A DNA stretch of 64,000 nucleotides from the human T2T-CHM13v2.0 reference genome, Homo sapiens, in the NCBI RefSeq assembly GCF_009914755.1, contig NC_060947.1, one strand, 5' to 3'. The stretch's first letter is position 1. Each line of letters begins with the position of its first letter. Below, piece after piece: positions 39,711 through 54,948 of the stretch. The notes under the pieces were generated by a model, which was given only the letters and a program-made list of their open reading frames with translations, did not search any database and was not told where the DNA came from. The translations under genes and the position numbers were made by a program.

Positions 39711-40654
39711 ATGGCCAAAGGGGAAAATTTCAGAGAGGGATCTCTTTTAGCATAATTATAAGTGAAACTCAAGCTGCAGATTTCTCTCTGATTCCTTTGG
39801 GACTTTCTGGAATGGAGCTCAGTGGCTCAAGAGGACTAAAGAGAGATGATACCGTAAAATGTAGAATAGGTTGTCTTTCTATGAATACTCATCTACCTAG
39901 CATCTATTAAAATAGCTTCCCTATATAAACATCAGGCCAGAGCTTATACAATTTTTTTCAGAAGAAACATTTAGAATTTTGGCCACACTTTCTCTTTGCA
40001 TTCATTCATTTTATTTCACTAATGTGAGAAGCATTTAGTGCATGTTCACAACATCCAAGACACTGGAATGCATGCTAGAGAAAAAGAGACAAACAAGATA
40101 AAATCACTGTCCCGAAAAAGCTCACATTCAATGAAGGGTGATAAGCAAGTAATCCAACAATTGTATTTTGTTGTGAAATGTGTTCTGAAAAATGGGGGCA
40201 TGGGATGCTGTAAGAGCTCAAATGTTAAGTATCTAATTCACCCTAGGGTAGTCAGAGAAGGCTTCCCTAAGGAGGTAATATGTGGACTCTCTCAAAGGAC
40301 AATTAAGAGTTGATCAGGTGATGATGACATGATGAGAGGGGTTGAGAGTGATAGCACATTATGTGGAGAAAACCACAACAGGTTTAGGGTGGCCACAGTG
40401 GAGTGTAAGGAAGAGAATATTAAATACCAGACTGGAGAAATGGACAGGAGCCATATCCCATGAGACTTTATGAACCATGCTATGGAATTTGAAATTTATA
40501 TTGTGGGCACTCAATAATTATCATTTATTATTATTACTACTTAAATGAGGGATGAGAGAGAGGAAAAAAGACTCCATGATCACTCCCAGATTTCTACTTG
40601 GATACCTGGGTAGACAGTGGTGCTACATATTAATATAGGGAATTCAGGGATGAG

Positions 40655-41101
40655 GTAATAGTGGATATGCTGGTGCCCCACCCATATGCCTTTAACCATG
40701 CATCCCCCAACTGCTGTGAATGTTGACTGATAACTCATAGTTACTCCATTTTCAAAAAAAAAAAAAAAAAAACTGTCCTAGAGCCCAAATTAATGGTGAG
40801 CCACCTTACCTGAGAGGTTAGGTCCCACCCACAGGCCTCAGGCAGTAATTTACTCACTGAGGACAGTACAAAAGTCCAGCTTCCTAGCCTCAAGGTAAGA
40901 TTCATGGTATAACTTGTGCTCCAGCATTTCCCCATAAGATCATACTGTTGCTAGTTTCCAGCTGAAATCAAATACTTGCTTAACTTTTACCCTGTCCTAT
41001 CCTAATTCCCTCACTCTTTACCTGAAAGCATTTTCTCCATAAATAATTTGAACAAGAATTTCCATCTCAGGCTCAGATTTTGGGGAATCTGACCTAAGAC
41101 A
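40655..41101 (+). mobile_element. ERVL-class solo LTR (LTR16-like)
   Basis: Start gtggatatgctggtgccccaccca and end ctcaggctcagattttggggaatctgacctaagaca resemble LTR16. Internal poly-A at ~40753-40772. Confidence 0.55.
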
Positions 41102-42134
41102 GATGGAAAAGCACATTTGGGGGTGGAAAGGCTGATAAATTCAGTTGGAGACGTATTGAGAATGAGGTACCTACAGAACATCAAGGGGGAACTATTTTAA
41201 AGACAGTTGTATATTCAGGGTTTGAAACTAAGGAATGAGTTCTGACCAGTATAAATACATGTGGGAATTGTAAGCAATTAAATTTTAGGTAAAATCAGTG
41301 GGAACAAATGAGATTACCCAAGGAAAGTATAAAGAAAAAGAGAAAAAGGAAACATCAACATTTGAAGAGCGGGAAAAGGAAGAACAGCCTGCAATAATAA
41401 GACTTAGAAGAAAGGCCAGGAAGTAGAGAAAAGCCTATTTAAAACCATATTGTTAAAACCACAGGATTAGTTTCAGGAAAGTGAGAAAAATGCCTGCCAG
41501 AAAGAATTTCAGGAAAGTGTGATAAATACCAGAGAGGTCAGGTAAGATGAAGAAAAGTGTCTGGTGAATTTCACCATTAAAATTTATTAATTATAGAAAC
41601 TTACAACATGTTTACACAGATATGTATATCTATATCTATCTAAATAGATAGAGAGATAGGCTTAGAATGGTAACAGTGTACATGAACAGCAAAAGGCAGA
41701 TCTGAGATGTATTTTGGAGCTATAAATCACGTGACTTCTTGTGTGGGGAGGGGAGGAAAGAATGAAATAAAGAATTATTCTATTTTGAACACGGAACGGA
41801 TGGTGGGCCATTTATTGAGATGAATTACACTATAGGACTTAGAATATGAGCTTGCTTCTTAGAATATGATCCAAGCAAAGGTTAAATTATCCCTGGTGGG
41901 AATGTCAGCTATTGACCACCAAGGTTGCCTTCTAAGCATAAGGGCCTGGCACCCATGACAATTCTCTTCATCCACTGCAACCTAAACCAGTTAAGGTGGA
42001 CAGAAACTCAGCCCACAAACAGCAAAATAGGCATTGCTCCTAAAGTTCTATTTTCTTATGAAGCAAGCAGCCAAAACTACTGGGCTCTGGAACTCTGTTG
42101 GAAGAAAAAGTAAAAAGTTGTCATATTCAATGCT

Positions 42135-42590
42135 ACTAGCTGTTCAACACAAATGTATTTTCTCTTCTTCTTGGGCAGAGAGCTAATCCATATTTTCCAG
42201 TCTTTCTTGGACCTAAGTGTAGCCATATGACTGAATTCCAAGCAATGGAATAGAAGAGGAACCGATATATGCCCCTTCCTCTAGGCAATAAAATGGGAGA
42301 GGAAGTGAGACGTGCCATTTCTAGGCTAAGGCTTTTATACCCTCTTCCATATTATTTTCCCACTTCTATGGGTGAATGCAGATGATGACACGGCCCTAAG
42401 ACATAGCAGAGCCATGAGATGGTTATAGCCTGGGTCCCTGAGTCATGATATTGGAAGAGAGTCACCTGCCAACAGTACAGGAATACCCACCTTGTGCTGT
42501 TATTTGGGTGAAAATTAAACTTCTGCTGTGTTTGAGACATTACATATTTGAAGGTCTATTTGTTAAAACATCTAGCATTACACTAATGGT
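42135..42590 (+). mobile_element. MLT1-type solo LTR
   Basis: gcctgggtccctgagtc...aaattaaacttctgctgtgtttgag...ctatttgtta. Confidence 0.6.
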
Positions 42591-42849
42591 ACTAGCATGG
42601 GAATAATTCTGTCTAGATCTTTGATAGATCTTTATAGGCATCCATCCTCAGCTGTAACCAACAGAGAAGATCCCATATAAAGAGCAGGTAGATGCCTACA
42701 TGCAGTCATGTCCTACCAAGATTCTGGACAACCCCAGGATGCAGAGAAAGTTTGCAACATCAGCTTTAGCAAGATGAGCATTTACAGGGTAGACATATAC
42801 TTTACCTCTTCCATAATACCTATCTGGCTGGCTACCATCAAATGTTTAA

Positions 42850-43170
<321 letters not shown>

Positions 43171-43440
43171 AACACGACACCTTTAAGCATACAGCCACCA
43201 GAGACATCTGTTCCTAAGTCAAATACTGACCTAAGTTATCTGAAGGACTCCTTCACCCACTTGAAAAAAGTTCCTAGGATGTCATAACACCAGAATTAAT
43301 CTCTACGTGTCCCTCTTCCACAGCAGCTGAAATCCCATCCTAGAGGTGGGTATGTATACCTTTATGAAAATGTCATTCTCCACATAAGTGCTCACCCGCA
43401 GCTATATCAGCAATTGCTGTCTATTTTGACAAGAAAATTT

Positions 43441-43769
43441 TCTTTCTTCTTTTTTTTTTTTGAGGCAGAGTCTCGCTCTCGCTCTGTCGCCTAGGCTGGA
43501 GTGCAGTGGCGCAATCTCAGCTCACTGCCACAACCACCTCCCAGTTCAAGTGATTCTCGTGCGAATCTCCTCCCAAATAGCTATTTCTCCTCCCAAATAG
43601 CTGGGATTACTGATGCGTGCCACCATGCCCAACTAATTTTTGTATTTTTAGTAGAGACAGGGTTTCACCATGTTGGCCAGGCTGGTCTTGAACTCCTGAC
43701 CTCAGGTGAGCCGCCCACCTCGGCCTCCCAAAGTGCTGGGATTACAGGCACGAGACACTGTGCCTGGCC
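43441..43769 (-). mobile_element. Alu (AluS-like) with an internal duplication
   Basis: TSD gacaagaaaat on both sides; tctcctcccaaatagct occurs twice. Confidence 0.93.
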
Positions 43770-46700
43770 TCGACAAGAAAATGTTGTACCTCCATGAGTT
43801 AATTGGTGATTCATGTCTGTTTCCTGCATTTCTTTTTATTTTTATTTTGTTGTAAAGAGCTATTGTTCAAGACCTCCTATCCCCGTATCAACCTACCCAC
43901 TATCTAACACCCAGAAGTCAATGGTCATATAGAACACATTAACCAGGTACTAGTGAAAGACTTCTGATCCTATATTTCCCACTAGCAATATTTTATTCAT
44001 TTAAAAAACTTTTTAGTACCTATTATTTGCCAGTCCCTGAGAGACAGACCGGGGACAAATGATGAACAAAATGTTACATGGTTTCTGACCTCTTGTTTTA
44101 ACCAGATGATTACACAATGATACAAAATTTGCGACTCTGACAAGTCCTATGGAGGAGAGTTACATAATGTGAGTATGTATAATTGGGGCTTTGACCAATC
44201 AGAGAAGTTGGGACAGGCTTCATGGGAAGTAAGAATTGATCTGGGAGTTAAAAGATGAGTGGATTAAACCATGCAAAGAAGGGAAGGAAAAGTATTTTAG
44301 GGGTTGTAATAGAACAGGTAAAGGCTTTGCGCTGGGAGCATATCACAACCCAAACACTAAGTAAAAGCCAGTGTGCCTTAAGCAGAGCGGTTGAGGGAAA
44401 TATGATGGTGATATAAGACTGAAGAGACAGGGAAGAGCCAGATTATACAGAATCTAATAGGTCATTTTAAGTAGCTATTTATTTATATTAAAAATGATTA
44501 TAGGGACATTGAATACCAAGTAGGGTGTAGTAGGTTATGGCAGACCACCATTCCTGATGCTACAGCTTTTAACAGCTAGAAAAATTGAAAAAATATATTA
44601 AAAAAAAAACCACTGGGGACATGTAGGTGCAAAAAAAGAATCTAAAACTCAAAGATGCAAGAGCCCTTCTAAGATAACCAGGCTGTTGTCAGCCATTTTC
44701 TTCCCTGAGGACATCTGCTGATTTCCAGCACAAGCCAAAGATTGGGCTTAGCCTAACAGAAAGAATTTGCTGGGAAAATGCAAAAACTGGTAATGCTTTT
44801 GGCAATTGTAGAAGACTGGTATCACAATTAATAAATTTCAGGAGGCCTAAATGTGAGCTAGTTTTCTCCCCACAGCATATTTTCTGAGTCTGGGGGCTAT
44901 AGAGGAGACTAGAAAGCTTCTGTAAAATTGTTTGAGATCTTCTGTAGTTTCCAAATATTTAGAAGACAAAGTCTCACTGAAGAAATAGGGCCTGCAACAA
45001 ACATTCGGTTGGTGTCTTCCTCAAGAAATTTGCCAAATTTGGAAGCAGCATGGATTGAGAGTAGAGGAAAAAGGTTATGAAGTACAGTCTGAATATCCCA
45101 ATCTTTCAAAGTGGAGGAGAGAGACTTGTAGACTTTTGGAAGGATATGCCTGAGAAACAGTAGAATTAGTGGTGGACTGAGTCTAACTAAAACTGCAACA
45201 CAGCTTCAATCCTGCTCAATCTTTGATTCGATTAATGTGATTAGTTCCTTACCCAATCCACCTAACAAATGAAAAGAGAAAAGTCCTTGCTGGTAGAAAT
45301 TATGACCTGGAGCTTCTACCATTTATTTACATAAAATATCTAGCATAAAATAAAAAACATTAGATACTTGGGAATGCATAACAAAGTCAGAAGACAATTG
45401 AACACTGTCTTTAAATACTCAGTAGACAAAGAAACCTATAAAATATGAATCAAATATTCTAAAAACCATTTGAAGACAGTGAAGAGTGACCGAAAGCAGA
45501 AATGGAGGTAGAACTATATTTGAAAGACAACTAAAATGAGTAAAATTTGGGTTTACCTACAAGAACAAAAAAATAGTTCTTTAGAGCAACACCACAGGAT
45601 CCAGAGTTTCTAAAATGTATTATTGATAATATTCAGTAATGAACCAAAAAGCCTTAGATGTACAAAGAAATAGAAAAAAATGTGACCCATACTCCAGGAA
45701 AAAAAAAGGTCAATAGAAATTCATCCCAAAATGACACAAATCTTGCAATTAGCAGAAAAGGCCTTTAACACAGATTTTATAAATATATTTGAAGATTTAA
45801 AGGAAAATATATGCAAAATGAATATATGGGTATAGAACATGGCAGAGAAAAAGAAACTATAAATATGAACCAATTGGAAAGTATATAGCTGGAAAATATA
45901 ATAACTGAAGTAAAAAAATTTGCTAGGTGGGCTTAGGAAATGACATAAGAGTAATGAACTTGAGGAGAGATCAATAAAAAATACCCAGTCTGAAAAACAG
46001 AGGGAAAAAGGATAAGTGGGGACAATATCAAACAGACTAACACATAGGTAACTTGAGTTCTAGAAGGATATAAAGAAAATGCAGCAAAACAATTTTTTTT
46101 AGAAATAGTGGTCAAAACCTTTGTGAATTTAGTAAAAGACATCAACTTAAAATTCTAAGGAGCTCATTGAACTTCAAACAGAATAAACACAAAGAAAATG
46201 CCCTGCATATATCATATTCAAACTCCTACAATCCAAAGATGAACTTAAAGATCTCAGAAGTTCAGTGACCCACCAAGGAGATTAAATACAAAGAAAGCAA
46301 TACCTAGACATTTAACAGTCAAAACCCTGAAATATGAAAATAAACTTTTGAAGGTAGTCAGAGAAAAACAGTACACACTACATACAAAGAAATGAATAAT
46401 GGCTGACTTCTCATCAGAAACAAAGAAATGCAAAAAAAAAAAAAAACCAATGAAACGAAATCTTTAATATGCCAAAAGAAAATAAACACAGATAACTCAT
46501 AATTCTGTACCAAGCAAAAATATCATTCAAAATCAAAGACATTATCAAATAGACGAAAACTGAGAAAATTCATCATCAGCAGGCCTGCAATACAAGTAAT
46601 GCCTAAGGGGAGGATCTTCAGGTTGAAGAGAAAAGATGCTAAATGGTAACTTGGCTCTATTAGGAGATAATTAAAGTTATCAGAAATAGTAAATATGTTG

Positions 46701-47444
46701 ATAAATATAACAGAATATATTTTTATTTCATTCTCTTAATTTGTATGAAATGCATATGAATGTTTAAAACAAATTTTAACACTATATTATATGGTTCACA
46801 ATAAATGTAGGTATACATATGATAACAATAGGGCAAAGAATAGTAGGCTAGTAAATGGGACACTGCTGTTACAAATTTCCTATGTTTTAAGTAAAGAAGT
46901 GGAATATTAATTCTAAGAAGACTATGATAAATTCAAGATGCATTTAAGCAATTCCTAGGACAGTCACTAAAACGTGCAAAAATGTATCGCTAAAATGCCA
47001 ATATAGGAAACAAAACGGAATATATGAAAAACACTTTTATCCCAAAGGAAAGCAAGAAAAGGGAAACAAAGGAACAAACAGAGACATAGATGAGTCAAAT
47101 AGAGAACATATAGCAAAATAGATGATGAGAAATCTAACTGTATCAATAAGTGCCTTAAATGTAAGTAGCCTAAACATTTCAATTAGAAGACAGATTGCAG
47201 AATGGGGAGATAAAAAGCAAGACACAAATGCCTGCTCCCTAAATAAGATGAACATTAATCCAAAGACACAAATGCATGGAAAGAAAAAGTACAGAAAAAG
47301 TAAATCATGCAAAAAACTAATTAGCTAAATTGGCTATGTTATTATTGGACAAAATAGAAATCAAGAAAAAAGTATTATCAGACATAAAGAGGGACATTTC
47401 ATAATGATAAAATAAGACATAATAATAAAATGTATATGTGCAAA

Positions 47445-47615
47445 GATGTGCTGGATCATAAGAAGAATATTTGATGTGCTGGATCATAAGAAGAATATTT
47501 TGCATATTTCTTACCATCTCTGTGTTCAGTGACATCACATGGGTAGCCCCAGATTAGTTACAATGGAGGTACTCACAGCACAGAAATCAGAAAATGCTCC
47601 AAATTAGGGATCTTT
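47445..47615. mobile_element. Possible hAT-Tip100 (Arthur-like) DNA transposon fragment inserted in L1
   Basis: Ends gatgtgctgga... and ...tgttaaacatttactagcacacca form imperfect inverted termini; L1 sequence resumes afterwards. Confidence 0.5.
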
Positions 47616-49717
47616 TTCAGAAAGCCTGTTGTTAAACATTTACTAGCACACCAATATGTACGTACTTAATAACAGAACTTCAATGCACCTGAAGAAAACA
47701 CTCACAGAATTAGAAAATAGGAAAATTTTACGGTAATTGATAAAGCATATTGACAAAAATGCAGTAAGGATATAGAAGATCTGAATCACACTATCAACCA
47801 TCTTGACCTAATTGATATTGATAGGACTCTATACCAAACAACTGTACAATATGCATTAATTTCAAATGTATGTGGAATGTTCAGTAACACAGACCACATG
47901 CTTGGCTATGGCCAAAGTTTTTGATAAATTTCAAGATTAAATTTGCAGATAATATTCTTTGACCACAACAGAATTAAATGAGAAATCTATTAATTATGAT
48001 ATCTAGAAGGGCCACAAATATCTGGTAATTAAGCATATATTTCAAAATAATACATGGGTCAAAAAAGAATAATGAAATCATAATTACTTCAAGCTGAAAG
48101 GTCAATGAAAATATAACATAAAATTTTGCAGGATGCAGCTACAGCAGAGCTTAAATGTAAATATGTCGCTTAAATTAAAAAGAAAGAATGTTCAAAAAAT
48201 AAGAATGAATAAACCAAAAATAAGCAGAAAGAAGGAAATAATAACAATAAGAGCAGATAAAAATAGAAAATAGCCAAAATGTGGAGAAAATTAACAAAAT
48301 CAAAACATTGTTCTTTAAAACAAAGTAATAAATTTAATAAATCTCTAAGAAGACTGATCAAGACAAAAAGAAAAAGAAAAAATTATTAATATCTAGAATG
48401 AAAGATATGGTATCACTACAGATCATACGGATATCAGTAAGATGATAAAGGAATTTTTAAACAACTTTATGCTAATAAAGTCAATAACGAATTTGACATT
48501 TCTTGAAAAACACAACTGATTAAACTTGGCACAATATGAAATAATAATCCTAAGAGCCCTATATTTAGCAAAGAAATTGAATTTGTTTTCAAAAACATCC
48601 CCACAAAGAAAATCCAAGGACCAAATGATTTTATTGATGAAATTTATTAAAAATTTTAATAAATAATACCAGTCTTACAGAAACTCTCAGAAAAAGGCAA
48701 AGACTTCCAAACTTGTTTTATGAAGCCAAACATAACCCTGACAAACATTAAAAGTATAGACTAATTCTTCTTAAAAACATAGATGCAAAATTCTTTTAAA
48801 AGATTAGCAAATATCGTCTAGCAATATATTAAAATGATAATATATCGTGACCAAGTGGAATTCATCCCGGGGATATTAGGATGTGCTTAATATTTCTTTC
48901 AAAAACTATGTAATTCACCATGTTAACAGAATAAAAGAGCAAAACCACTGAATAATTGCAATAGGTAGCAATATAAATATAAAACCTCTTTATGATTAAA
49001 AGAATCATAGAAACTCAGAAATGTGAAAAACTTTCAGGTAACATCAAACCTAAAAATAAAACATTGATTCCTTTTCCTCTAAGGCCAGGAACAAGGCAAA
49101 GATGTCTGCTCTTACCATTTCTACTCAACATGTATAATAGTATCAAAACTTTGATAAGAAAAAATAAAGAAAACTTAAATAAATGGTGACATATACCACA
49201 TTAATGGACTGAAAGACTCAGTATTATTAAGATGTCCATTTTACCTAAATGTCTCTATAAATTCATTGCAATCCCCATCAAAAATTACAGAAAACCTTGT
49301 GGAAGTAATAGACAGGCTGATTTCAAAATTTATTTTAAATTTAAAGAATTTACAATGTCCAAAACAATCTTGAAAAAAAAAGTTAGAGGCTTACACCACT
49401 TGACTTTAGGAGGTACTCTATAGTTATGATAACCAACGGAGTGTGATATTGGCATTATGGTTACACTAATGAGTGAAGGAAACAGAACAGAGACTCCAAA
49501 AATATATGCACACATATATGGTCAGTTAATTTTTCACCAAGTTACAACATTAATTCAATGGAAAGCTTTTTAAAAACAATTGTTACTGGAACCCTGGGTA
49601 TCTATATGCAAAAAATGAACCTTGATCATTGTCTCAGTCTCTACACAAAAAGTAATTCAAAATGGATCATAGGCCTAAACCCAGAATCTTGGACTAGACA
49701 AGGATTTCTTAGGCCAC

Positions 49718-49958
49718 CAAAAAAAAAAAAAGAAGAAGAAGAAAAAGAAAGAGAGAGGGGGAGGGATGGAGGGAGGGGGAAAGAGAGAGAGAGAGAAAAA
49801 GAGAAAGAAAGAAGAAAGAAAAGAAGAGAGAAAGAGAAAGAAAGAAAGAAAAAGAAAGAGAGAGAGAGAGAAAGACAAAGAGAAAGAAAGTAGGAGGGAC
49901 AAAGGGGGAGGAAAAAGGGAGAAGGAGAGGGAAAGGGAGGGGAGTTGGAGGGGAAAAT
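49718..49958. repeat. Polypurine low-complexity tract (A/AAG/GA/GAAA/GGAG)
   Basis: About 240 bp, almost purely A/G. Confidence 0.95.
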
Positions 49959-52641
49959 AAAATGATAAATTGGACAATTGGACTTCCTTGAAACTAAAAA
50001 TGTTGCTCAACAGAAGACATCATAGACAAGCCACAGATTGAGAAAAATAATTACAAAATAAATAGTTCAGCAAAGGCTATTCAGGATATATAAAGAATGT
50101 CTGTAATTTAAAAACAAAAATACAAAAAAGTCCCAATGTTTAAGACTGGGCAAAAACTTGAACAGGCTCTTCACACAAGAAGATATACAAGTGAATTGTA
50201 AACACATTAAAAGGGTGCTCAAAAACTTTAGTCATCAAGAAAATGCAAATTAAAGTATAAGATACCATTTCACACACACTAGAAAGGCAAATATCAAAAA
50301 GACAAATGTTAAGAATTTAGAGCAACTGGAATATTTCCGATGGAAATGTAAAATGTCAAAACTGATTTGGAGAACAGTTTGGATGTTTCACATAAAGTTA
50401 CACATACAACTACTCTATGACCCAGTTTTATTCTTATGTATCTACTCAAGAGAAGTGAAAATATATGTTCACAAAAGACATATATAAAAATCTTTATAGC
50501 TTTCTATGAAAAGATGGCCAACACCACCAATTAATAGAGAAATGAAAATCAAAACCTCTAGGAGATATCACCTTAACCCCATTATGATGGCTACAGAAAA
50601 TAAGTGTTGGCAAACATGTGGAGAAATTGGAACACTTGTGCACTGTTGGTGGGATTGTAAAATGGTGCAACTGCTATGGAAAACAGTATGAAACTTTATA
50701 AAAATATTAAAAATAGAGCCATCTTATTAGCCAGCAATCTTACTTCCAGATATATGTACAAAAGAAGTGATAGCACAGTCTCAAAGCGGTATTTCTACAC
50801 CCATGTTCCTAGCAGCACTATTCACGTTAGCCAAGAGGTGGATGTAACCCAAACATTTAACAATGAACAAATGAATAACATACAATGGACTATTACTCAG
50901 CCTTAAAAAGGAAGGAAATCCTGTCACATGCTACAACATGAATGAACCTTGAGGACATTATGCCAAGTGAAATAAGACAGTCACAAAAACACAAATACTA
51001 TATGATTACACTTACATGAGATATCTAAAGTAGTCAAATTCATAGGAACAGAAAGAGTGGTAGTTACCAGGGGCTGTTGGAAATAGAAAAGGGGAGATTT
51101 TCAAGATCAGATTTGCAAGATGAAAAAGCTTAAGATTTGCAAGATGAAAAAGTTCTGGAGATATGTTTCACAACAATGTGAATATGCTTAACACTACTGA
51201 ACTGTATACTTAAAAATGGTTAAGATGGTAAATTTTATGTTATGTGATTTTTTTTACCATAATGAAAAATGTTTATAGTTGCCTTATTCATAAAATTGTC
51301 AAAAAAAACTCTTCTAAAAAATTAGAATCAAGCCAAATGTTCAACAGGAGAATGATAAATTGTGATATAGTCATAAAATGAAATACAACTAGGCAATTTA
51401 AAAAGTGACCTACAGGTATATGCAAAATCATATGTTAATCTTAAAAAGCATTGTGCTGACAGAAAGAAGACAGGCACAAGACACTGTATCATTCCATTTA
51501 CATAAAATCAAAGAACAGAAAAAAATACTAATTTATTTTAATAGATATCAGAATAGTGATTGCCTATGGGATAGGATAAATTACTGAAAAGGAGGACAAA
51601 TGAACTTTCCGGTGTAATGAACATATTAGTAACTTTTTTGGAGAATGGTTACATAGATACATGCAATTGTCAAAATTCACTGAACAGAACATCTAGCATG
51701 TGTACATTTTATTTTATGTTGATTATACCTGAATAGAAAACATATTTTATAAACACAATGAAACATTATGCTAAGTTAAATGAGTGAGTCACAAAATGAC
51801 AAATACTGTATGATTCTACTTATATAGGATATACGAAGTAGTGAAAATTCATAGAAAAAGAAAATAGAATGGTGTTTACCAGGAACTTCAAGAAGAAGGA
51901 AATGGAGAGTTGTTTAATGGGTACAGAAATTCAGTTTTTCAAGGTGAAAAAGTTCCAGAGATATGTTGTACAACAATGTGAATATACTTAACACTACTTA
52001 ACTGTACACTTTAAGGTGGTAAATTTTATGTCTTTTTAGCAGAATTAAAAATAAAAAACACTATGAGATAACCTCATCAAGTCACTAGAATGACTAAAAT
52101 TAAATTAACTGACAACATCAAATATTGGCAATGATGTAGACCAAAGGGAATTCTCATAACTTGTGTGCAGGAAAGTAAAATGAGAAAATATTTCACAGTG
52201 TGTTATAGAGTTAAGTGTATACTATTCTTTAACCGAGAAATTCCCTCCCTGGTATTTCTAGGAGAAATTCTCAAGAGAAATTCAAATATGTGTCCATAAA
52301 AAGACTGGTTCAAGAATATCCATTGCACTTATATTGACAATAGCCAAAATTGCAATCAACCCAAATGTCCATCAGCAGGAAAATGGATAATTAAATTGTG
52401 CTATATTTATGCAATGGAATACTACTTAGCAATAAAAAGGAACAAGCTACTTATACATGGATGAATATCACAGTCTTTCTGTTGTCTGTTTCCACTTATA
52501 TGATGTTTTAGAAGGAGCAAAATTAATGCAAGTTAAACAAACAAACAGAAAAACAGAACTGTGGTTGCCTCTGGTTTTCGGTGAACACAAATTTTCTAAG
52601 GGACACAAGTGAAATTTTGGAGAGAAGGGAATGTTTTATAT

Positions 52642-52815
52642 CAGGGTCAGCAATCTTTTTCTATAAACTACAGATAATAAATAACTTGGACTTTGCAGAT
52701 AATACATGGTTTCTGTTGTTGTTTTCTTTTGTCATAACCCTTTTTAAAATGTAGAAAATATTCTTTGCTTCCAGTCTGTAAAAACAGGCTATGGGCCATA
52801 GTTTGCTAATCCCTA
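52642..52815. mobile_element. MER58-like hAT-Charlie element
   Basis: cagggtcagcaatctttttcta...gggccatagtttgctaatcccta termini. Confidence 0.7.
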
Positions 52816-53064
52816 TTTTATATCATGATAGAAGTCTAGATTGTAGGGGTCCTTTTATCAAAATTATAGAGAAATGATATGGGCATTTCAACGTGTGTAA
52901 CTGTACCTAAAAATACAGAATTGAAAATTAATAATAACCACCACCAAATTAGGGATGTGAGAAATGGGTGAAGGTATAGATGAAAAAATACAGGATAGTG
53001 ATGATTGTTGAAGGTGAGTTTTGGACACATAAATGTTATACTATTTTGTTTATTTTGCATATGT

Positions 53065-53190
53065 TTCTTCTTTTCCTTTTTTTTTTTTTGGTTTGGTAGC
53101 GATGGGGTCTCTTTATGTTGCCCAGGCTGGTCTCCAACCCCTGGGCTCAAGCTATCATCCTGCCTCAGTCTCCCAAAGTGCTGGGATTAC
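53065..53190 (-). mobile_element. Alu monomer (FLAM/AluJ-like)
   Basis: gttgcccaggctggtctcc...ctgggctcaagc...cccaaagtgctgggattac. Confidence 0.85.
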
Positions 53191-54204
53191 AAAAAGTGGT
53201 TTTTATTAAAAAAAAAAAAGAAAAATTTCTGGGTGGTAGCTGAAGCAGTGCTTAGAGGAGATTTTCTAGCCGTAGGTGACTAAATTAGAAAATAAGAAAG
53301 GTTAAAGTCAACCATCACAGCTTCCCACTCAGAAAACTAGTAAAAGAGCAACAAATTAAATACAAAGTAAGTAGAAGGAAGGAAAAATAAGAATATAGAT
53401 CAATGGGACACAAAGCAGGCATACAATAGAGAACAATCAACAAAGTTCAAAGTTGATATTTGGAAAAGATGAATAGAATTAATAATCCTCTAGCAATGCT
53501 GATTAAGAAAAAAACATAAATTATCAGTATCAGGAATGAAACAGAGAACATCATTACAGATCCTAAGGATATCTAAAAGACAGCTTGAGCATATCATATA
53601 CAACTTTGTGCCAATAAGTTTGATAACATATATGAAATGAACAACTTCCTTTAAAGCCATAACTTACCAAAACTGGCACAAGAAGAAACAGAAAGTTTGA
53701 ATAGTCCAGTATCTATTAAAGAAATTGAATCTATTATTTGAAATCACCACACAAAGGAAAGAACAATAGGAATCTATTAAAGAGATTTAAGCAGAGAAGT
53801 GATAAAATCAGACTCAATTTTGAAAAGAGTAGTTTGCAATGTGAAGAATGGATTTGAGAGTGGATGTGATTAAAATACTTAAAAGACAATTGCAAGGTGC
53901 CAGGGGTTAGGGGGAGAGAGGTGTGAACAGGTGGAGCACAGAGGATTTTTAGGGGACTGAAACTATTCTGTATGTTGCTATAATGGTGAATACATGCCAT
54001 TATACATTTGCCAATGCTCGCAAGATATATAACACCAAGAGTTTACCCCAATGTAAACTATGGACTTTGGGTGAAAATGATGTGTCAGTGTAAGTTCATG
54101 ATTATAATCAGTGAGCCACCCTGTTAATAGTGGGAGAGGCTGTGCATAGGTGGGGACAGGAGATACATGGGAACTCTCTGTGCTTTCTGCTCAATTTCCT
54201 GTGA

Positions 54205-54604
<400 letters not shown>

Positions 54605-54832
54605 TAGTACAACTACTACGGAAAACAGTGTGGAGATTTCTTAAAGAACTAAGAGTAGAACTACCATTTCATTCAGTTTTCAATCCCACTACTGGATATC
54701 TACCCAGAGGAAAAGAAGTCATTATGTGAAAAAGATACTTGTACACGCATGTTTACAGCAGCACAATTTGCAATTGCAAAAATATGGAACCAGCCCAAAT
54801 GCCCATCAATCAACGAGTGGATAAAGAAATTG

Positions 54833-54834
<2 letters not shown>

Positions 54835-54869
<35 letters not shown>

Positions 54870-54948
54870 GATATGATATATATGTATATATATATATTAT
54901 ATGTGTGTACATATATATCACATCATATATACATATATTTATATATAT
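54835..54948. repeat. (TG)n/(TA)n compound microsatellite
   Basis: About 16 TG units followed by a degenerate TA run inside L1PB. Confidence 0.95.

Larger units (their letters stand above)
44540..53760 (+). mobile_element. Large mosaic of decayed old L1 (L1M) sequence: ORF1/ORF2 remnants and several 3' ends with nested insertions
   Basis: A-rich L1 motifs: gctgacttctcatcagaaac, gaccacaacagaattaaa, ccccacaaagaaaatcc, ggaacaaggcaaagatgtctgctc, ggaaatcctgtcacatgctacaacatg. No intact ORFs. Confidence 0.85.

Noticed and set aside
49558-50010. K/E/R-rich and F/L/S-rich ORFs
   Set aside because: Translations of the polypurine tract.
44540-53760. Possible intact or active L1
   Set aside because: Many stops, nested insertions and no long ORF1/ORF2.
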